Positions 19,432 through 29,803 of a stretch of DNA of 55,540 nt are shown in pieces (within the stretch, counting starts at the first letter, position 1; every line of letters starts with the position of its first letter). Position numbers and translations under genes: made by a program. The notes beneath the pieces were generated by a model, which did not search any database, was not told the origin of the DNA, and saw only the letters and a list, made by a program, of their open reading frames with translations. This DNA comes from an uncultured Methanomicrobiales archaeon. Lineage in GTDB: Archaea > Halobacteriota > Methanomicrobia > Methanomicrobiales > Methanospirillaceae. The stretch covers positions 1-55,540 of the forward strand of contig CAIJED010000340.1 in assembly GCA_903819595.1 (NCBI GenBank), in the 5' to 3' direction.

Positions 19432-20024
19432 CCCTTGACCATTTCAGACCGCATGTGAAGGACTGGTTTAACCCGTTCATTGCGGTCTCGATCAAGATGG
19501 GCCTGACCCCTAATATTCTGACCGTCGGATCACTGATCGCCGCAATTGCAGCGGGCGTCTTTTTTTATTTCAATAATATCGTGCCAGCGGTTGTGATGGT
19601 CGCGCTGAATGCAGGTTTCGATGCGCTGGATGGCGCTCTTGCCCGGGCAATGAATATCCAGAGCCCGAAGGGTGATTTCCTCGACCACGTGGTCGACCGG
19701 TACGCAGATATTTTCATCATCACCGGTATTATTGGTGGTGGCAATTCAGGCTGGCTGCTTGGAATTTTTGCCCTGACCGGTGTATTGATGTCTTCATATA
19801 TCGGCACCCAGGCACAGGCGGTGGGTGTAGGGAGATTTTATGGCGGGGTGCTCGGGAGGGCAGACCGCCTGCTGCTGATCATGGTGGCCGGTGTCCTGAC
19901 ACTGGTATTCCCGGAGGGAGTGTTCGGGGTTCCACTGCTCGGCTGGCTACTCGTGATATTCGGAGTGTTCGGCCATTTCACCGCGGTCCAGCGGTTCCGG
20001 CACACCTGGCACAAAATTGAATAG
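19428..20024 (+). CDS. CDP-alcohol phosphatidyltransferase family protein (archaeal lipid head-group synthase)
   Basis: The motif DALDGALARAMNIQSPKGDFLDHVVDRYAD fits D-x2-DG-x2-AR...G-x3-D-x3-D. The protein is multi-TM. ATG 19428 forms an ATGA overlap with the upstream stop. Confidence 0.85.
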   Translation: MTLDHFRPHVKDWFNPFIAVSIKMGLTPNILTVGSLIAAIAAGVFFYFNNIVPAVVMVALNAGFDALDGALARAMNIQSPKGDFLDHVVDRYADIFIITGIIGGGNSGWLLGIFALTGVLMSSYIGTQAQAVGVGRFYGGVLGRADRLLLIMVAGVLTLVFPEGVFGVPLLGWLLVIFGVFGHFTAVQRFRHTWHKIE

Positions 20025-20114
20025 GTGACAGGATTTTTTGGTCCGGCATATCCCGGACTTCCATCTTCTAGAGAATGCGATAGAAAAAACCATCAAAAGA
20101 CAGGGGGTTCAGTT

Positions 20115-21116
20115 CTAAAACCATCGATCCAGTGTCTTTTGACCGGCTTTCCCCGCAATCCCTTCAAGCGCTTTTCTCACCCGTTCTATTGAAAAGTCAT
20201 ACTCCCCGCAGAGCATCTCCTCGATCTGTACCGCATCAGGTGGATGCCAGGCGAGGTCATACTCACTGGTGACCGGAGGGTGTAAGAAAAAGTCCATCAC
20301 CGGGCCTGGATCGAAATCCGGTTCCCTCTCTAACATGGTCTTCTCAAATTTTCCTTCTTTTACCAGTTTAAGGCCTGTTTTTGGGCCGATCCCTTTTACG
20401 CCAGGGTTGAAATCATTCCCGATCAGTACCGCGATCTGGACGAGCTGCCCGCGGGTGATATCAAGCCCTTTCAGGACATCGGCGAGGGTGACCCGTTCCG
20501 GGTTTAACGTCACGCTTCTCCCGTGAATTTTCCGTTTTCCACTGATCGTCAAGTTTCTGACCAGCAACGGGACACCGAAGAGCAGTGTATCATAGTCCTG
20601 CGATACTACATAGGACGCATTACCCTGCATGACCATGTGAGCCGCCTGCGCCTCCCCCTCGCTTGGTGCCTCGATGCAGGGGATCCCCATCAGGCCCAGG
20701 AGTTTTTTTGAGGTCTCGATAATGTCCCGGTCGACCCTTGATGATGAACGTGCCTGCTTGTATGCCTCTTCGGTGTCCCCCCGTAGAAGCGCTTCCTTCA
20801 TGCGTTCCCCAGCGAGTTCCCGAATACTCCTCCGCTCTTCGATCGTCTTTTGTTTAAAATCCGGCGGGGGCCCGTCGAATACATACACAGGCCTGACCCC
20901 TTTGTCGAGGAAATTTGCATTCCGGAAGAGAATACCCGAAAGGTGAGACGTGACACGGCCTTTTTTGTCCATCAGGGGTGTTCCGTCAGGCTGGCGGATA
21001 ATAGAAAGGAACTGGTAGAGTGCATTGTGGGCGTCGACTGCCGCCACTCCCGGGAGTGCTTCCCATGCGACAGGCCCTTTGTATTCGATGATGATATCAC
21101 GTAACGCGACTCCCAT
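20115..21116 (-). CDS. fen: Flap endonuclease 1
   Basis: MGVALRDII...AVDAHNALYQFLSIIRQPDGTPLMD...VYVFDGPPPDFK is present, in 333 aa with a C-terminal PIP-like QKTLDRWF. Confidence 0.95.
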   Translation of the reverse strand: MGVALRDIIIEYKGPVAWEALPGVAAVDAHNALYQFLSIIRQPDGTPLMDKKGRVTSHLSGILFRNANFLDKGVRPVYVFDGPPPDFKQKTIEERRSIRELAGERMKEALLRGDTEEAYKQARSSSRVDRDIIETSKKLLGLMGIPCIEAPSEGEAQAAHMVMQGNASYVVSQDYDTLLFGVPLLVRNLTISGKRKIHGRSVTLNPERVTLADVLKGLDITRGQLVQIAVLIGNDFNPGVKGIGPKTGLKLVKEGKFEKTMLEREPDFDPGPVMDFFLHPPVTSEYDLAWHPPDAVQIEEMLCGEYDFSIERVRKALEGIAGKAGQKTLDRWF

Positions 21117-21139
21117 GGTACCTCATAAAAATGTGTATC

Positions 21140-21454
21140 CTAGCGGTAGATACGTTTCCCGAATTCGTTGATTACGTTATCAAGATGGGTGGCAGTTGCA
21201 TCGTATTTCTGGACCAGGTTCGCTGAAATCTCCTCCAGGTTCGCCCTGATTGCCTTGTCACGTACCTGGATGCTGCGTTCCAGTGAACGGATCCTGATGC
21301 TCTGCGACAGGAGGAGCCCCCCAAGTGCAAGCATCATCAGTATTGCACCCAGGGCGATTGTTATATCATACCAGAGGCGCGTGACAAGTGCGAGCGTGGC
21401 AACAACGAGGATAATCACCAGGATGATGTCGCGCGCGTAATCCCGAATATCCAT
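21140..21454 (-). CDS. Hypothetical small membrane protein (2 TM plus coiled tail)
   Basis: Two hydrophobic helices (IILVIILVVATLALV and ALGAILMMLALGGLLL) are followed by a helical charged tail. The gene is co-oriented and closely spaced with fen. Confidence 0.5.
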   Translation of the reverse strand: MDIRDYARDIILVIILVVATLALVTRLWYDITIALGAILMMLALGGLLLSQSIRIRSLERSIQVRDKAIRANLEEISANLVQKYDATATHLDNVINEFGKRIYR

Positions 21455-21511
21455 GCTTTTAGATAATGAAGGCCAACTAATTAAACTACCTATGGAGAAT
21501 GGAGTGTTATT

Positions 21512-22414
21512 ATGGAGTTGAAACAGCTGGTCCCGCTGGCGGGAATGCTGGTTATGCTGGTCCTTGTCGAAATTGCTGCGATACTTCTGTCACTCCCCAT
21601 GAAGGCGGCAGGAATTTCAGCATTCGAAGACCCTTCGTCAATATTAAATCCCCTGATTTTTATCGTGATCCTCCTCCTGTTTACGGCAGCGCTCCTGGTG
21701 CTCCTGAAGTACCGCTACCGGCAACTGATCATTGCCATCATTGCCATCTCGATATTTTTTACGTTTGTTTATATTTTCAGCTCCATTGTGACCCTTTTCA
21801 CCAGCAACGAGATCGTTGCGGTGGTCGTGCCTCTCGCGCTGTCGGGGGGGGCAATTGCCCTCCTGTACCGGTTCCCGGAATGGTATGTCATTGATACGCT
21901 TGGGATCCTTATTGCCGCAGGTGCGGCGTCAATTTTTGGGATATCGCTCGGGATTGTGCCGGTCATTCTCCTCCTTGTCCTTCTCGCTCTCTATGACGCC
22001 ATCTCTGTGTACAAGACCCGGCATATGATCACCCTTGCAGAAGGTGTCATGGAGATGAAAACGCCCATTCTCTTCGTTATCCCGAAGAAGGCCAGTTACT
22101 CATATATCCGGGATGGGATCGGAAAGATTGGTGAAGGAGAACGGGGCGCGTTCATTATGGGGATGGGAGACCTCATTATGCCTGCGATCCTCGTGGTCTC
22201 TGCCACTATGTTCATAAAATCAGGCGGGCTGCCATTCATCAATATCCCAGCGATTGGTACCATGATCGGGTCATTGGCCGGCCTTATTGTCCTCCTGTGG
22301 TTCGTGAATAAAGGAAAACCGCAGGCAGGGCTCCCACCATTAAACGGTGGGGCAATCATTGGTTTTCTCGTCGGGTGTGCAATAAGCGGGAGCTGGGGAT
22401 GGATGATCATCTGA
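21512..22414 (+). CDS. Presenilin homologue / signal-peptide-peptidase family intramembrane aspartyl protease (PSH)
   Basis: 300 aa with about 9 TM. The catalytic motifs are LALYDAISVY (YD) and FIMGMGDLIMPA (GxGD), plus AGLPPLNGGAI. It closely resembles the Methanoculleus PSH as I recall it. Confidence 0.88.
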   Translation: MELKQLVPLAGMLVMLVLVEIAAILLSLPMKAAGISAFEDPSSILNPLIFIVILLLFTAALLVLLKYRYRQLIIAIIAISIFFTFVYIFSSIVTLFTSNEIVAVVVPLALSGGAIALLYRFPEWYVIDTLGILIAAGAASIFGISLGIVPVILLLVLLALYDAISVYKTRHMITLAEGVMEMKTPILFVIPKKASYSYIRDGIGKIGEGERGAFIMGMGDLIMPAILVVSATMFIKSGGLPFINIPAIGTMIGSLAGLIVLLWFVNKGKPQAGLPPLNGGAIIGFLVGCAISGSWGWMII

Positions 22415-22514
22415 TTACCCGAATAATACCCGGAACTTTTTTAAAAACCTGGAAATACCTGGTCTCATCTAAAAATTGTTGATAGTTTAATTATTTTATA
22501 TAGGGTACGCCATT

Positions 22515-23483
22515 TCAGTACGTGATAGGGTAGGGTTCGGGCTCTTCCACGGGTCCGGGTTCCCGCCAGTATTCCATGATCGTATGAAGGACCTCGTCAA
22601 CCCCCGAGTTCTGGCCGGTTGACATCAGGGGATAACCGTCCAGGCCTTTGATATCAGATTTATTTGCCACTGCGATGACCGGGATATCGATCGTACTGGT
22701 AATTTCCTCGTAGAGTTTTATCTGGTCTTCAAGAGGGAACCCGCAATGTTCGCTCGGGTCAAGGATGAAGAGGATCACATCGGCAATATTCGTAATTGCT
22801 GCCATCGCCTGCCGTTCGATGGGGTTTCTCTCCTCCGGCAGCCGGTCAAGTACACCCGGGGTGTCGATAAACTGCATCCGTTTCCTGCCGTCCACCCGGT
22901 GTCCGACAATGACACCTTTCGTCGTAAATGGGTACGAAGCCACCTCCGGGTCAGCGGTGGAAACCAGCCTGATGAAGGATGATTTACCGACATTCGGGTA
23001 CCCGGCGATCACGACCGTGAAAATGTCTTCTACATGCGGGAGCTTCCGGACGACGTTTCGTACATCATTTAAGAACCGCAGCTCGGAGTCTATCTGGTGG
23101 ACGACTGAAGCGAGCCGTGCTACTGCCCGTTTTCTTGCGGCCATCGGATCAGCGCCCCGACGTGTCTCGTATATCAGGTCAGGGCCGTGGAGACGGGACC
23201 ACCTGGCTGCCCATCCGATCGCCCCGAGGGCTTTTTTCAGCCTAGGAATTCCGTACAGGATATCAACAGTCTCCCGGTAAAAAGGGGGGAGGGTCTCGAA
23301 TTCAGGGAATGTCTGGATCACATGGACCAGCCGGTCGTGGATAGAATGACTGACCGCCCGCACGAAGTCCTGGTTTGCGCGGTCTTTATTCGCTTTTAAT
23401 TTCATTTTAGCCGCAGCACGCCGGAAACACTTGTCAAGGACTTCGTCAGCGGTCGGTACGGTCGGGATTCTCTCAAATTCCAC
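22515..23483 (-). CDS. NOG1-family GTP-binding protein
   Basis: An N-terminal helical NOGCT-like region is followed by G1 GYPNVGKSS, G3 DTPG and G4 NKSD. Confidence 0.85.
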   Translation of the reverse strand: MEFERIPTVPTADEVLDKCFRRAAAKMKLKANKDRANQDFVRAVSHSIHDRLVHVIQTFPEFETLPPFYRETVDILYGIPRLKKALGAIGWAARWSRLHGPDLIYETRRGADPMAARKRAVARLASVVHQIDSELRFLNDVRNVVRKLPHVEDIFTVVIAGYPNVGKSSFIRLVSTADPEVASYPFTTKGVIVGHRVDGRKRMQFIDTPGVLDRLPEERNPIERQAMAAITNIADVILFILDPSEHCGFPLEDQIKLYEEITSTIDIPVIAVANKSDIKGLDGYPLMSTGQNSGVDEVLHTIMEYWREPGPVEEPEPYPITY

Positions 23484-23529
23484 AGAAGTTCAACCTAACC
23501 TATTTATGGTACTCCCATGATTAATCATT

Positions 23530-24408
23530 ATGGATCTTTCCCTTATTCAGAAAGACATCCTGATCACACTAATTTCGCTCTACCAGAAGCATTCCCATCC
23601 AATTAAAGGGGAAGATATCGCGGATGTCATTAAGCGGAACCCTGGCACGATACGAAACCAGATGCAGTCCCTTAAAGCGATAGGGCTGGTTGACGGGGTG
23701 CCGGGTCCGAAGGGTGGGTATAACCCGACGGCCCTTGCCTTCCGGGAACTTGACCTTGACAGTACGGACGAGGATTCTGATGTCCGTATCTCGCGGAACG
23801 GCGAGACCGTGACGGGTGCAAAGGTATCAGAAATAGATTTCACTACTCTCTGTCATCCGGATATTTGTCATGCGTTAATAAAACTGATTGGAAGTACCAA
23901 GATCTTCGAGATCGGTGACCAGATTACGATTGGCCCGACGCCGGTCAACAAGCTCCTGATCCGTGGGGAGGTGTACGGAAAAGACGAGATGGAACAGTCA
24001 CTGCTGATTTCCACCCAGGAGATGATCTCACTGCCGAAAAAATCGATCCGGCATTACATGAGTACCCCGATCCTCTCTCTTCCGTCCGGAGCCACCATTC
24101 GTGATGCACTCCACCTCTTCAATACCCGTCATATCCATGGTGCCCCGGTTATTGGAACCCGCGGCCTTGAAGGGATAGTCACCCAGTCTGACGTGATTAA
24201 TGCAATAGATAATGAAATGCCCTTAACGACGAAGGTCAATACGGTCATGACCCTGGATGTCGTAAAAGCATCAGCTGACGTCCAGCTCTTTGAGGTGATC
24301 GGCAGGTTCAAGGAGCGTCAGATCGGCCGGCTGGTGGTCGTTGAAGGGGATGTCCCAGTCGGGATTCTTACCCAGTCGGATATCATCAGGGTATTCCCAT
24401 CGCTTTAG
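23530..24408 (+). CDS. Winged-helix plus tandem CBS-domain regulator
   Basis: An N-terminal HrcA-like wHTH (ILITLISLYQKHSHPIKGEDIADVIKRNPGTIRNQMQSLKAIGLV) is followed by a C-terminal CBS pair (IHGAPVIG...GIVTQSDVI and GRLVVVEGDVPVGILTQSDII). Confidence 0.8.
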   Translation: MDLSLIQKDILITLISLYQKHSHPIKGEDIADVIKRNPGTIRNQMQSLKAIGLVDGVPGPKGGYNPTALAFRELDLDSTDEDSDVRISRNGETVTGAKVSEIDFTTLCHPDICHALIKLIGSTKIFEIGDQITIGPTPVNKLLIRGEVYGKDEMEQSLLISTQEMISLPKKSIRHYMSTPILSLPSGATIRDALHLFNTRHIHGAPVIGTRGLEGIVTQSDVINAIDNEMPLTTKVNTVMTLDVVKASADVQLFEVIGRFKERQIGRLVVVEGDVPVGILTQSDIIRVFPSL

Positions 24409-24808
24409 GCTGGGGACTGGCAAACACGTCGGGAGATACATTCGTCAGTTGACAGGATAACATAAAAGGGATATGGCCCGGTCTTTTCATCTGTCCGGGT
24501 CGCATTACTGCCGCTGTGAATTGCGGGATCTGCGGGATCCACATGATGTGCAATGTTTACGGCCTATTCCGGAAGATCATTATCCTGGAGATCTCACGGG
24601 GGGCTCATCTATTTATGGCTCTACTCTAAACAGATTTTACACCTTCCCTAACATAATGCATGGTGATTGAGACTCTTCCGGTTTTCCAGGCCGGGGTCCT
24701 TATAAGACAAAACACGACGGGCCTTTTGCCAGTCAGCGATTCCGGTGGAATTTAAAAAAGAAGGCAGGACCGGTAGCATGGGAAGAGCAAAAAGGAGTAC
24801 ATGATATC

Positions 24809-25018
24809 ATGACAGAAATTCCAATTGCACCAGTAATGAGGATTATCCGGAAGACCGGTGCTGACCGGGTCAGCAACGAGGCAGGAGAGGCCCTTGCAGA
24901 CCTGATGGAGCAATATGGCCAGAAAATTGCAAAAGAAGCGTTGAAACTTGCATCTCATGCAGACCGGAAGACAATAACCGCGCATGATGTCAGGATGGCT
25001 GCTGAGATCCTCAGCTAG
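24809..25018 (+). CDS. Archaeal histone (HMf family)
   Basis: 69 aa: IPIAPVMRIIRKTGADRVSNEAGEALADLMEQYGQKIAKEALKLASHADRKTITAHDV is a canonical histone fold. Confidence 0.93.
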   Translation: MTEIPIAPVMRIIRKTGADRVSNEAGEALADLMEQYGQKIAKEALKLASHADRKTITAHDVRMAAEILS

Positions 25019-25104
25019 GAATAATCAACGTTTTACCGATTTTCTCATCAATCTTTCGAGTTTTTTAAACATCTTTAAATATTAATATATCATCATTTTT
25101 TTCT

Positions 25105-25356
25105 ATGACACGTATACTCGCTCATCAGCTTTCAAAAAAGAAAATCATGACAACTGAGGGAAAGGTCATCGGGACCCTCAAGAATATCATCATCGACGAT
25201 GAGACCGGCCAGGTGATAGACCTGATCATACACCCGGATTCTTCCTTTGATACCTCAGGGTACCGTCTTGAAGGTGAGAAACTCTATATAAATTTTGAAG
25301 CAGTAAAAGACATCAAGGACTATATTGTCGTTGACCGTTACCTATCAAGAAAATGA
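25105..25356 (+). CDS. PRC-barrel domain protein
   Basis: KKIMTTEGKVIGTLKNIIIDDETGQVIDLIIHP is typical of archaeal PRC-barrel proteins. Confidence 0.75.
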   Translation: MTRILAHQLSKKKIMTTEGKVIGTLKNIIIDDETGQVIDLIIHPDSSFDTSGYRLEGEKLYINFEAVKDIKDYIVVDRYLSRK

Positions 25357-26036
25357 GCTGAATACTCCTGCACCGCCTCAATAAACCCATCTCCATAACT
25401 GTTTTTAGCGATATATCCTGCAACGGCCTTTACCCCGGGATGGCCGTTTGCAACGGTAGCCCCGACCCCTGCAGCTCGAAGCATCTCAATATCGTTTATT
25501 GCGTCGCCAATCGCGAAAAATTCATCAGGCGGGATCATCAGGTCATTGGACAGGTCCATAAATGCGGTGGCCTTGTTGACACCTTTTGCCTGGAGATGGA
25601 TGGCAAAACCGGTATCAATCACCAGTACATCATTGCCCGGGAGCAATTGTTCTACGTCTTCGGGAGGAACGGTCCGCAGGAAAGCGACATCCGCATAGCG
25701 GTACTGGGGGCTGAGTAAATGAAGGGGAGTCCCGGTATCCCGGTAGTGTTCCTGTACTACCCGGAATGCCTCGAGACAGGCGGGTTGATCACCATGGATA
25801 TGGAGTTCCCCTGAGAATCCAATCCGGTAAACGCCACCATTTTCCGCAATAAATGTCCCGGATGTACCGATCATGCGGCACAGTGCATCCATGAAGCAAG
25901 AGGTATTCCCGCTTGCCAGCACAACCTCCACGCCACGTGAGACCAGCTCCCTGATGGTCGTGATCGCCCCGGTGTGCAGGAAACGGCCCTGATCAGTGAT
26001 GGTGCCGTCTACATCTGTCAGGAGTGCCCTCAGCAC
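25338..26036 (-). CDS. HAD-IIB phosphatase (archaeal phosphoglycolate phosphatase-like)
   Basis: Motif I is [15 protein letters not shown] and GDAINDIEM (motif IV) are also present. The gene overlaps the radA stop by 7 nt. Confidence 0.8.
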   Translation of the reverse strand: MLRALLTDVDGTITDQGRFLHTGAITTIRELVSRGVEVVLASGNTSCFMDALCRMIGTSGTFIAENGGVYRIGFSGELHIHGDQPACLEAFRVVQEHYRDTGTPLHLLSPQYRYADVAFLRTVPPEDVEQLLPGNDVLVIDTGFAIHLQAKGVNKATAFMDLSNDLMIPPDEFFAIGDAINDIEMLRAAGVGATVANGHPGVKAVAGYIAKNSYGDGFIEAVQEYSAHFLDR

Positions 26037-27007
26037 GGCTTGAGACCTGCCTCTTCAACCATGAACGGCGCTTCACCCTCGGGCAGGTTCGGGCTGTCCA
26101 CGAGGCGGGCAATTCTTTTCCCACCCTTGCTTTTCCGGAGGTATAACCTGAATGTGGCGGTATGGCCCACAATGTTACCACCGATTGGCTTTGTAGGGTC
26201 ACCGAAGAATACGGCCGGGTTCGACATTACCTGGTTTGTCACCAGCGCCACGGCATTGTTCTCGTCGACGAGCTTGAACAGTTCATGCATGTGCCGGTTC
26301 AGTTTCTGCTGCCGGGTGGCAAGGGTACCCCGGCCTGCGTATTCTGCCCGGAAGTGTGCAGTCAGGGAATCGATGATAAACAGCCGGACCGGCATATCGG
26401 ACTCCTTCATCTCGGCGGCACGCTCGCGTGCGGTATCAATGAGTAGCATCTGGTGATCTGACGTGTGGGCACGAGCGACATGGATGTTTTTCAACACCTC
26501 CTGCGGGTCGGGATGGTCTACTTCAAGACCGTTCACCATCTGCTCGATACGTTCAGGCCTGAACGTGTTTTCGGTATCGATGTAGATCGCGCTCCCTTTC
26601 AGTCCCCCGTCAGACTCGGGGAGCTGGACATTTACCGCGAGCTGGTGAACGATCTGACTTTTACCGGACCCGAATTCACCATACATCTCGGTGATCGCCT
26701 GTGTTTCGAGGCCCCCGCCAAGGAGGGCGTCGAGATCGGGGACGCGTGTCTGCAGTTTCCGGACATCCTTCCGCTGCTCGAAGACCTCCTTTCCTGTTTT
26801 GAAACCGCCGATATTGACCATTTCGCGGGCGGCCTTGATCATCTTCTTTGCAGCGGCCTCTCCAATCTCCGCGGTTTCCGAGAGATCGAGCGGGGATGCT
26901 GTTGCAATGCTTTCAACGGTGACAAATCCGGCATCCCGGAGTTTCTCGGCAGTGGTTGGACCAACGCCGGGTAAGTCATCAAGTTCCAGTGGACCTGTGG
27001 TGGTCAT
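26030..27007 (-). CDS. radA: DNA repair and recombination protein RadA
   Basis: An N-terminal HhH ([20 protein letters not shown]) is followed by Walker [10 protein letters not shown] and Walker B LFIIDS, in 325 aa. Confidence 0.96.
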   Translation of the reverse strand: MTTTGPLELDDLPGVGPTTAEKLRDAGFVTVESIATASPLDLSETAEIGEAAAKKMIKAAREMVNIGGFKTGKEVFEQRKDVRKLQTRVPDLDALLGGGLETQAITEMYGEFGSGKSQIVHQLAVNVQLPESDGGLKGSAIYIDTENTFRPERIEQMVNGLEVDHPDPQEVLKNIHVARAHTSDHQMLLIDTARERAAEMKESDMPVRLFIIDSLTAHFRAEYAGRGTLATRQQKLNRHMHELFKLVDENNAVALVTNQVMSNPAVFFGDPTKPIGGNIVGHTATFRLYLRKSKGGKRIARLVDSPNLPEGEAPFMVEEAGLKPC

Positions 27008-27156
27008 TTCTTATCTACCTCTTATGAAAATAACATCATATACTCTCGCTTATATTCCTCGGGCATGTGCGCAGGGTGAAAGTGAAAAAAACCGGTCACG
27101 GGAAAATTCAGCCCGCTGTGTACTGGTTCACTGATATGTTGCAGGCAGCCCGCATA

Positions 27157-28488
27157 TCAGGAAACGTGGTCGGGATGGTCCTGACTTCCTGGTCGTACCG
27201 AATCAATCTGTTCTTTCAGGCACCGGCACCTTACAAGGACCTTTTCAGGGGATAGTTCTACTGCCTCGATAGTTTCCGGGGTGATCGTATGACCGGTAAG
27301 CGTGCCGGTTACACGGACTTCGCGGCCATGAGTATGTTCGCCTTGAATCAGGTAGGAGGTCGTCCCGTCATCAATCCATGTTCCATTCCGGTCAGCCAGG
27401 ACCGTCCCCTGGATTTCTATTGGCTGCCCGAATACCCGGGTCTCAACAGAGATTGAACTGCCCCGCCCGACACTCAGTTCCCGCTCACCCGTTCTTCCAA
27501 CCCGGGCAGTGGCATTATAAATTGCAATGGAGTCCCCCAAAAAATAATGTTTAACTGCGATATCTCCCCAGAATACTACCCTGATCTCACCGGTTTCATC
27601 CCTGACCAGGATATTTCTCACATGGGACCGGGAGCCATCTTTCGCGAAAAAAGACCTCGCAGGCAGCACCGTGGAAATTGTCCCCCTGACAGAATACACC
27701 CCGTCGTCGCCTACTCCTGCAATGGAGTTCATCAGCACTTCAATTTCCAATTCTATCTCTTCTACTGTGCTTTTTTCATCTACACTGTATTCCCTCACGG
27801 GTGGGCGTGAGCGGTCGACCGCACTGGTAATACGTAATGTTGTCCCGGGTAGCAGATTATCCAGGATTTCCGGTATCCAGCAGATGAGCCGCGCTGTCCC
27901 GGTCCCGTCTCCAATGACACAACTACGCATCTCTCCCCCGGTCCCGTCACGGCGAGTGAAAAACCTGGGCTCCTCCAGTGAAAGTAACCTCGCCTCAATT
28001 GTTCTGCGTTCTGCCGGCGCCGTGTTGAGCGGCGGTATATTGCTCCTGCATTCGATCTCGCAGGTGGCTTTGCGGATGGCCAGTGCCATGATATCACCCG
28101 GTCGTTTTCCCGTTTTCCCGATGACTTCGAGGACGTCACCGTTCTCGATCTCCTGGGCAGCCATGGCTTTCTCGTCCCAGAGGACTAATTTTGTCTCGCC
28201 TGTCTCATCTCCGACAAGGACCGTGGCAACGAGGCCTTTCTCCCCGTCGGAGCGATCGAACTCCTTTGGTTCACTCTTTTCGATGACTTTTGCAAAAAAA
28301 GAGAAAAGACTTGATTTTGCCACCAGGCCATGGATCTTCACGTGCTGGCGGCCAAGGTCGGCGACGACCAGCATTGCACCCGCCAGTTCATCGACGAGGT
28401 CTCCGCATTCCCGGACCTTCTCATCTACACGTCGCTCGAATTCCTCCCTGCTGAGCAGGTCGTCAACGAGCGCGTAGTGGAACTGCAC
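27157..28488 (-). CDS. Replication protein A-like ssDNA-binding protein (multiple OB folds)
   Basis: The N-terminus MQFHYALVDDLLSREEFERRVDEKV is typical of euryarchaeal RPA1. OB-fold units repeat (GLVATVLVGDETGETKLVLWDEKA, MRSCVIGDGTGTARLICW, VRNILVRDETGEIRVVFWGD). Confidence 0.8.
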   Translation of the reverse strand: MQFHYALVDDLLSREEFERRVDEKVRECGDLVDELAGAMLVVADLGRQHVKIHGLVAKSSLFSFFAKVIEKSEPKEFDRSDGEKGLVATVLVGDETGETKLVLWDEKAMAAQEIENGDVLEVIGKTGKRPGDIMALAIRKATCEIECRSNIPPLNTAPAERRTIEARLLSLEEPRFFTRRDGTGGEMRSCVIGDGTGTARLICWIPEILDNLLPGTTLRITSAVDRSRPPVREYSVDEKSTVEEIELEIEVLMNSIAGVGDDGVYSVRGTISTVLPARSFFAKDGSRSHVRNILVRDETGEIRVVFWGDIAVKHYFLGDSIAIYNATARVGRTGERELSVGRGSSISVETRVFGQPIEIQGTVLADRNGTWIDDGTTSYLIQGEHTHGREVRVTGTLTGHTITPETIEAVELSPEKVLVRCRCLKEQIDSVRPGSQDHPDHVS

Positions 28489-28504
28489 CGGGGTGACCTC
28501 TCAC

Positions 28505-29803
28505 TTACCGCTGCTGCTGCCACGGCGGTGTGACCATCGTTGACGTGACGTCCTTTGTGGTCTCTCTAATCCGCATCAGTGCCTTATCTTCTCCATGTAC
28601 GAGGACTTCGGCAGATCGGGGCCGGCAGTTGTACTGGGATGCCATGGAAAACCCGTAGGCCCCTGTATCAAGGACTGCAATGATGTCCCCCGCTTCTACT
28701 GCCGGGAGTAGCCGGTCAGCGGCCAGAATATCCCCTGTCTCACAGATCGGACCTGCGATAGAATAGGTCTCTTCTGCCGGAGACGAGGCCTTGTTGGCGA
28801 CGATGACTTCGTGGTAGGAGTTGTACATGGTCGGCCTGATGAGAAGGTTGAACCCTGCATCGACATTGGCAAAATTTTTATGGCCAAATTTGACCGAATT
28901 TACACGGGTAAGGAGTACCGAAGAATCGGCCACAAGATATCTGCCCGGCTCCACCCAGAGTTCAGGGCTGATACCGGCATCGGTGATCCCTTCGAGAAAC
29001 ACCGGTACTACTGCCCGGGCATACTCTTCAGGGGTTGGTCGAGGATCGGTGTCGTGGTGGTAAGGGATACCGAGTCCACCGCCAAGGTCCACAAATTCAA
29101 GGGCTACCCCGATCCCGGTCAGTTCCTTTGCGACCCTGACCATCACTTCTGTGGCTTTCACAAAGGGTTCGATTTCGAGGATCTGGGAACCAATATGGCA
29201 ATGTACTCCAACCGGCACCACATTGCTGCACGCGATCGCCTCCCTGTACGCCGGGAGGATCTTCTCGTGGGCAATCCCAAACTTGCTTGAAGCGACCCCA
29301 GTCGCAATTTTCGGGTGTGTCGGGATATGGAGTGCAGGGTTGACACGGAATGAGACCCGTGCGTTCTTCCCGGCAGCTTTTGCTGCCGCATCGAGCTGGT
29401 GGAGTTCGTCGAGTGAGTCTACTGATACGGTGACACCATGTGCAACGGCAAGGTTGAGGTCGCTGGGGCTCTTTGAACTCCCGTTAAAGAGGAGGTCTCC
29501 CGGTCTCATCCCCGCAGATAGTGCAAGCTCGAGTTCACCGGATGAGAAGACATCAGCACCGGCACCGAGGTTGCCCAGTGCACGGAGGAGCGAGACGTTT
29601 CCATTGGCCTTTGCGGCATAGAGTACCTTCGATTTCGGGTACAGGGATGCCAGGGCATTCCGGTAACGCTGGTAATTGTCGCAGATCCGCTCTTCATCGG
29701 TTACGTACAGTGGTGTCCCGTACTCATGGGCAAGGGCGACCAGGTCATGCCGGCCGATCAGGAGGTGCCCGTCCTGTACCGAGAGATGTGGGGGGAGGTT
29801 CAC
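28505..29803 (-). CDS. lysA: Diaminopimelate decarboxylase
   Basis: YGTPLYVTDEERI, YAAKANGN (PLP Lys), HCHIGSQ, GGGLGIPY and CETGD are present. The GTG start 29801-29803 overlaps the dapL TGA (GTGA). Confidence 0.93.
   Translation of the reverse strand: MNLPPHLSVQDGHLLIGRHDLVALAHEYGTPLYVTDEERICDNYQRYRNALASLYPKSKVLYAAKANGNVSLLRALGNLGAGADVFSSGELELALSAGMRPGDLLFNGSSKSPSDLNLAVAHGVTVSVDSLDELHQLDAAAKAAGKNARVSFRVNPALHIPTHPKIATGVASSKFGIAHEKILPAYREAIACSNVVPVGVHCHIGSQILEIEPFVKATEVMVRVAKELTGIGVALEFVDLGGGLGIPYHHDTDPRPTPEEYARAVVPVFLEGITDAGISPELWVEPGRYLVADSSVLLTRVNSVKFGHKNFANVDAGFNLLIRPTMYNSYHEVIVANKASSPAEETYSIAGPICETGDILAADRLLPAVEAGDIIAVLDTGAYGFSMASQYNCRPRSAEVLVHGEDKALMRIRETTKDVTSTMVTPPWQQQR

Noticed and set aside
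24535-24600. An ATGATG C-box-like motif upstream of the histone gene, as a possible C/D box sRNA
   Set aside because: There is no CTGA D or D' box at appropriate spacing and no C' box.
27671-28477. 268-aa plus-strand ORF
   Set aside because: It is antisense to the RPA gene, Ser-rich and low in complexity. It is a shadow ORF.
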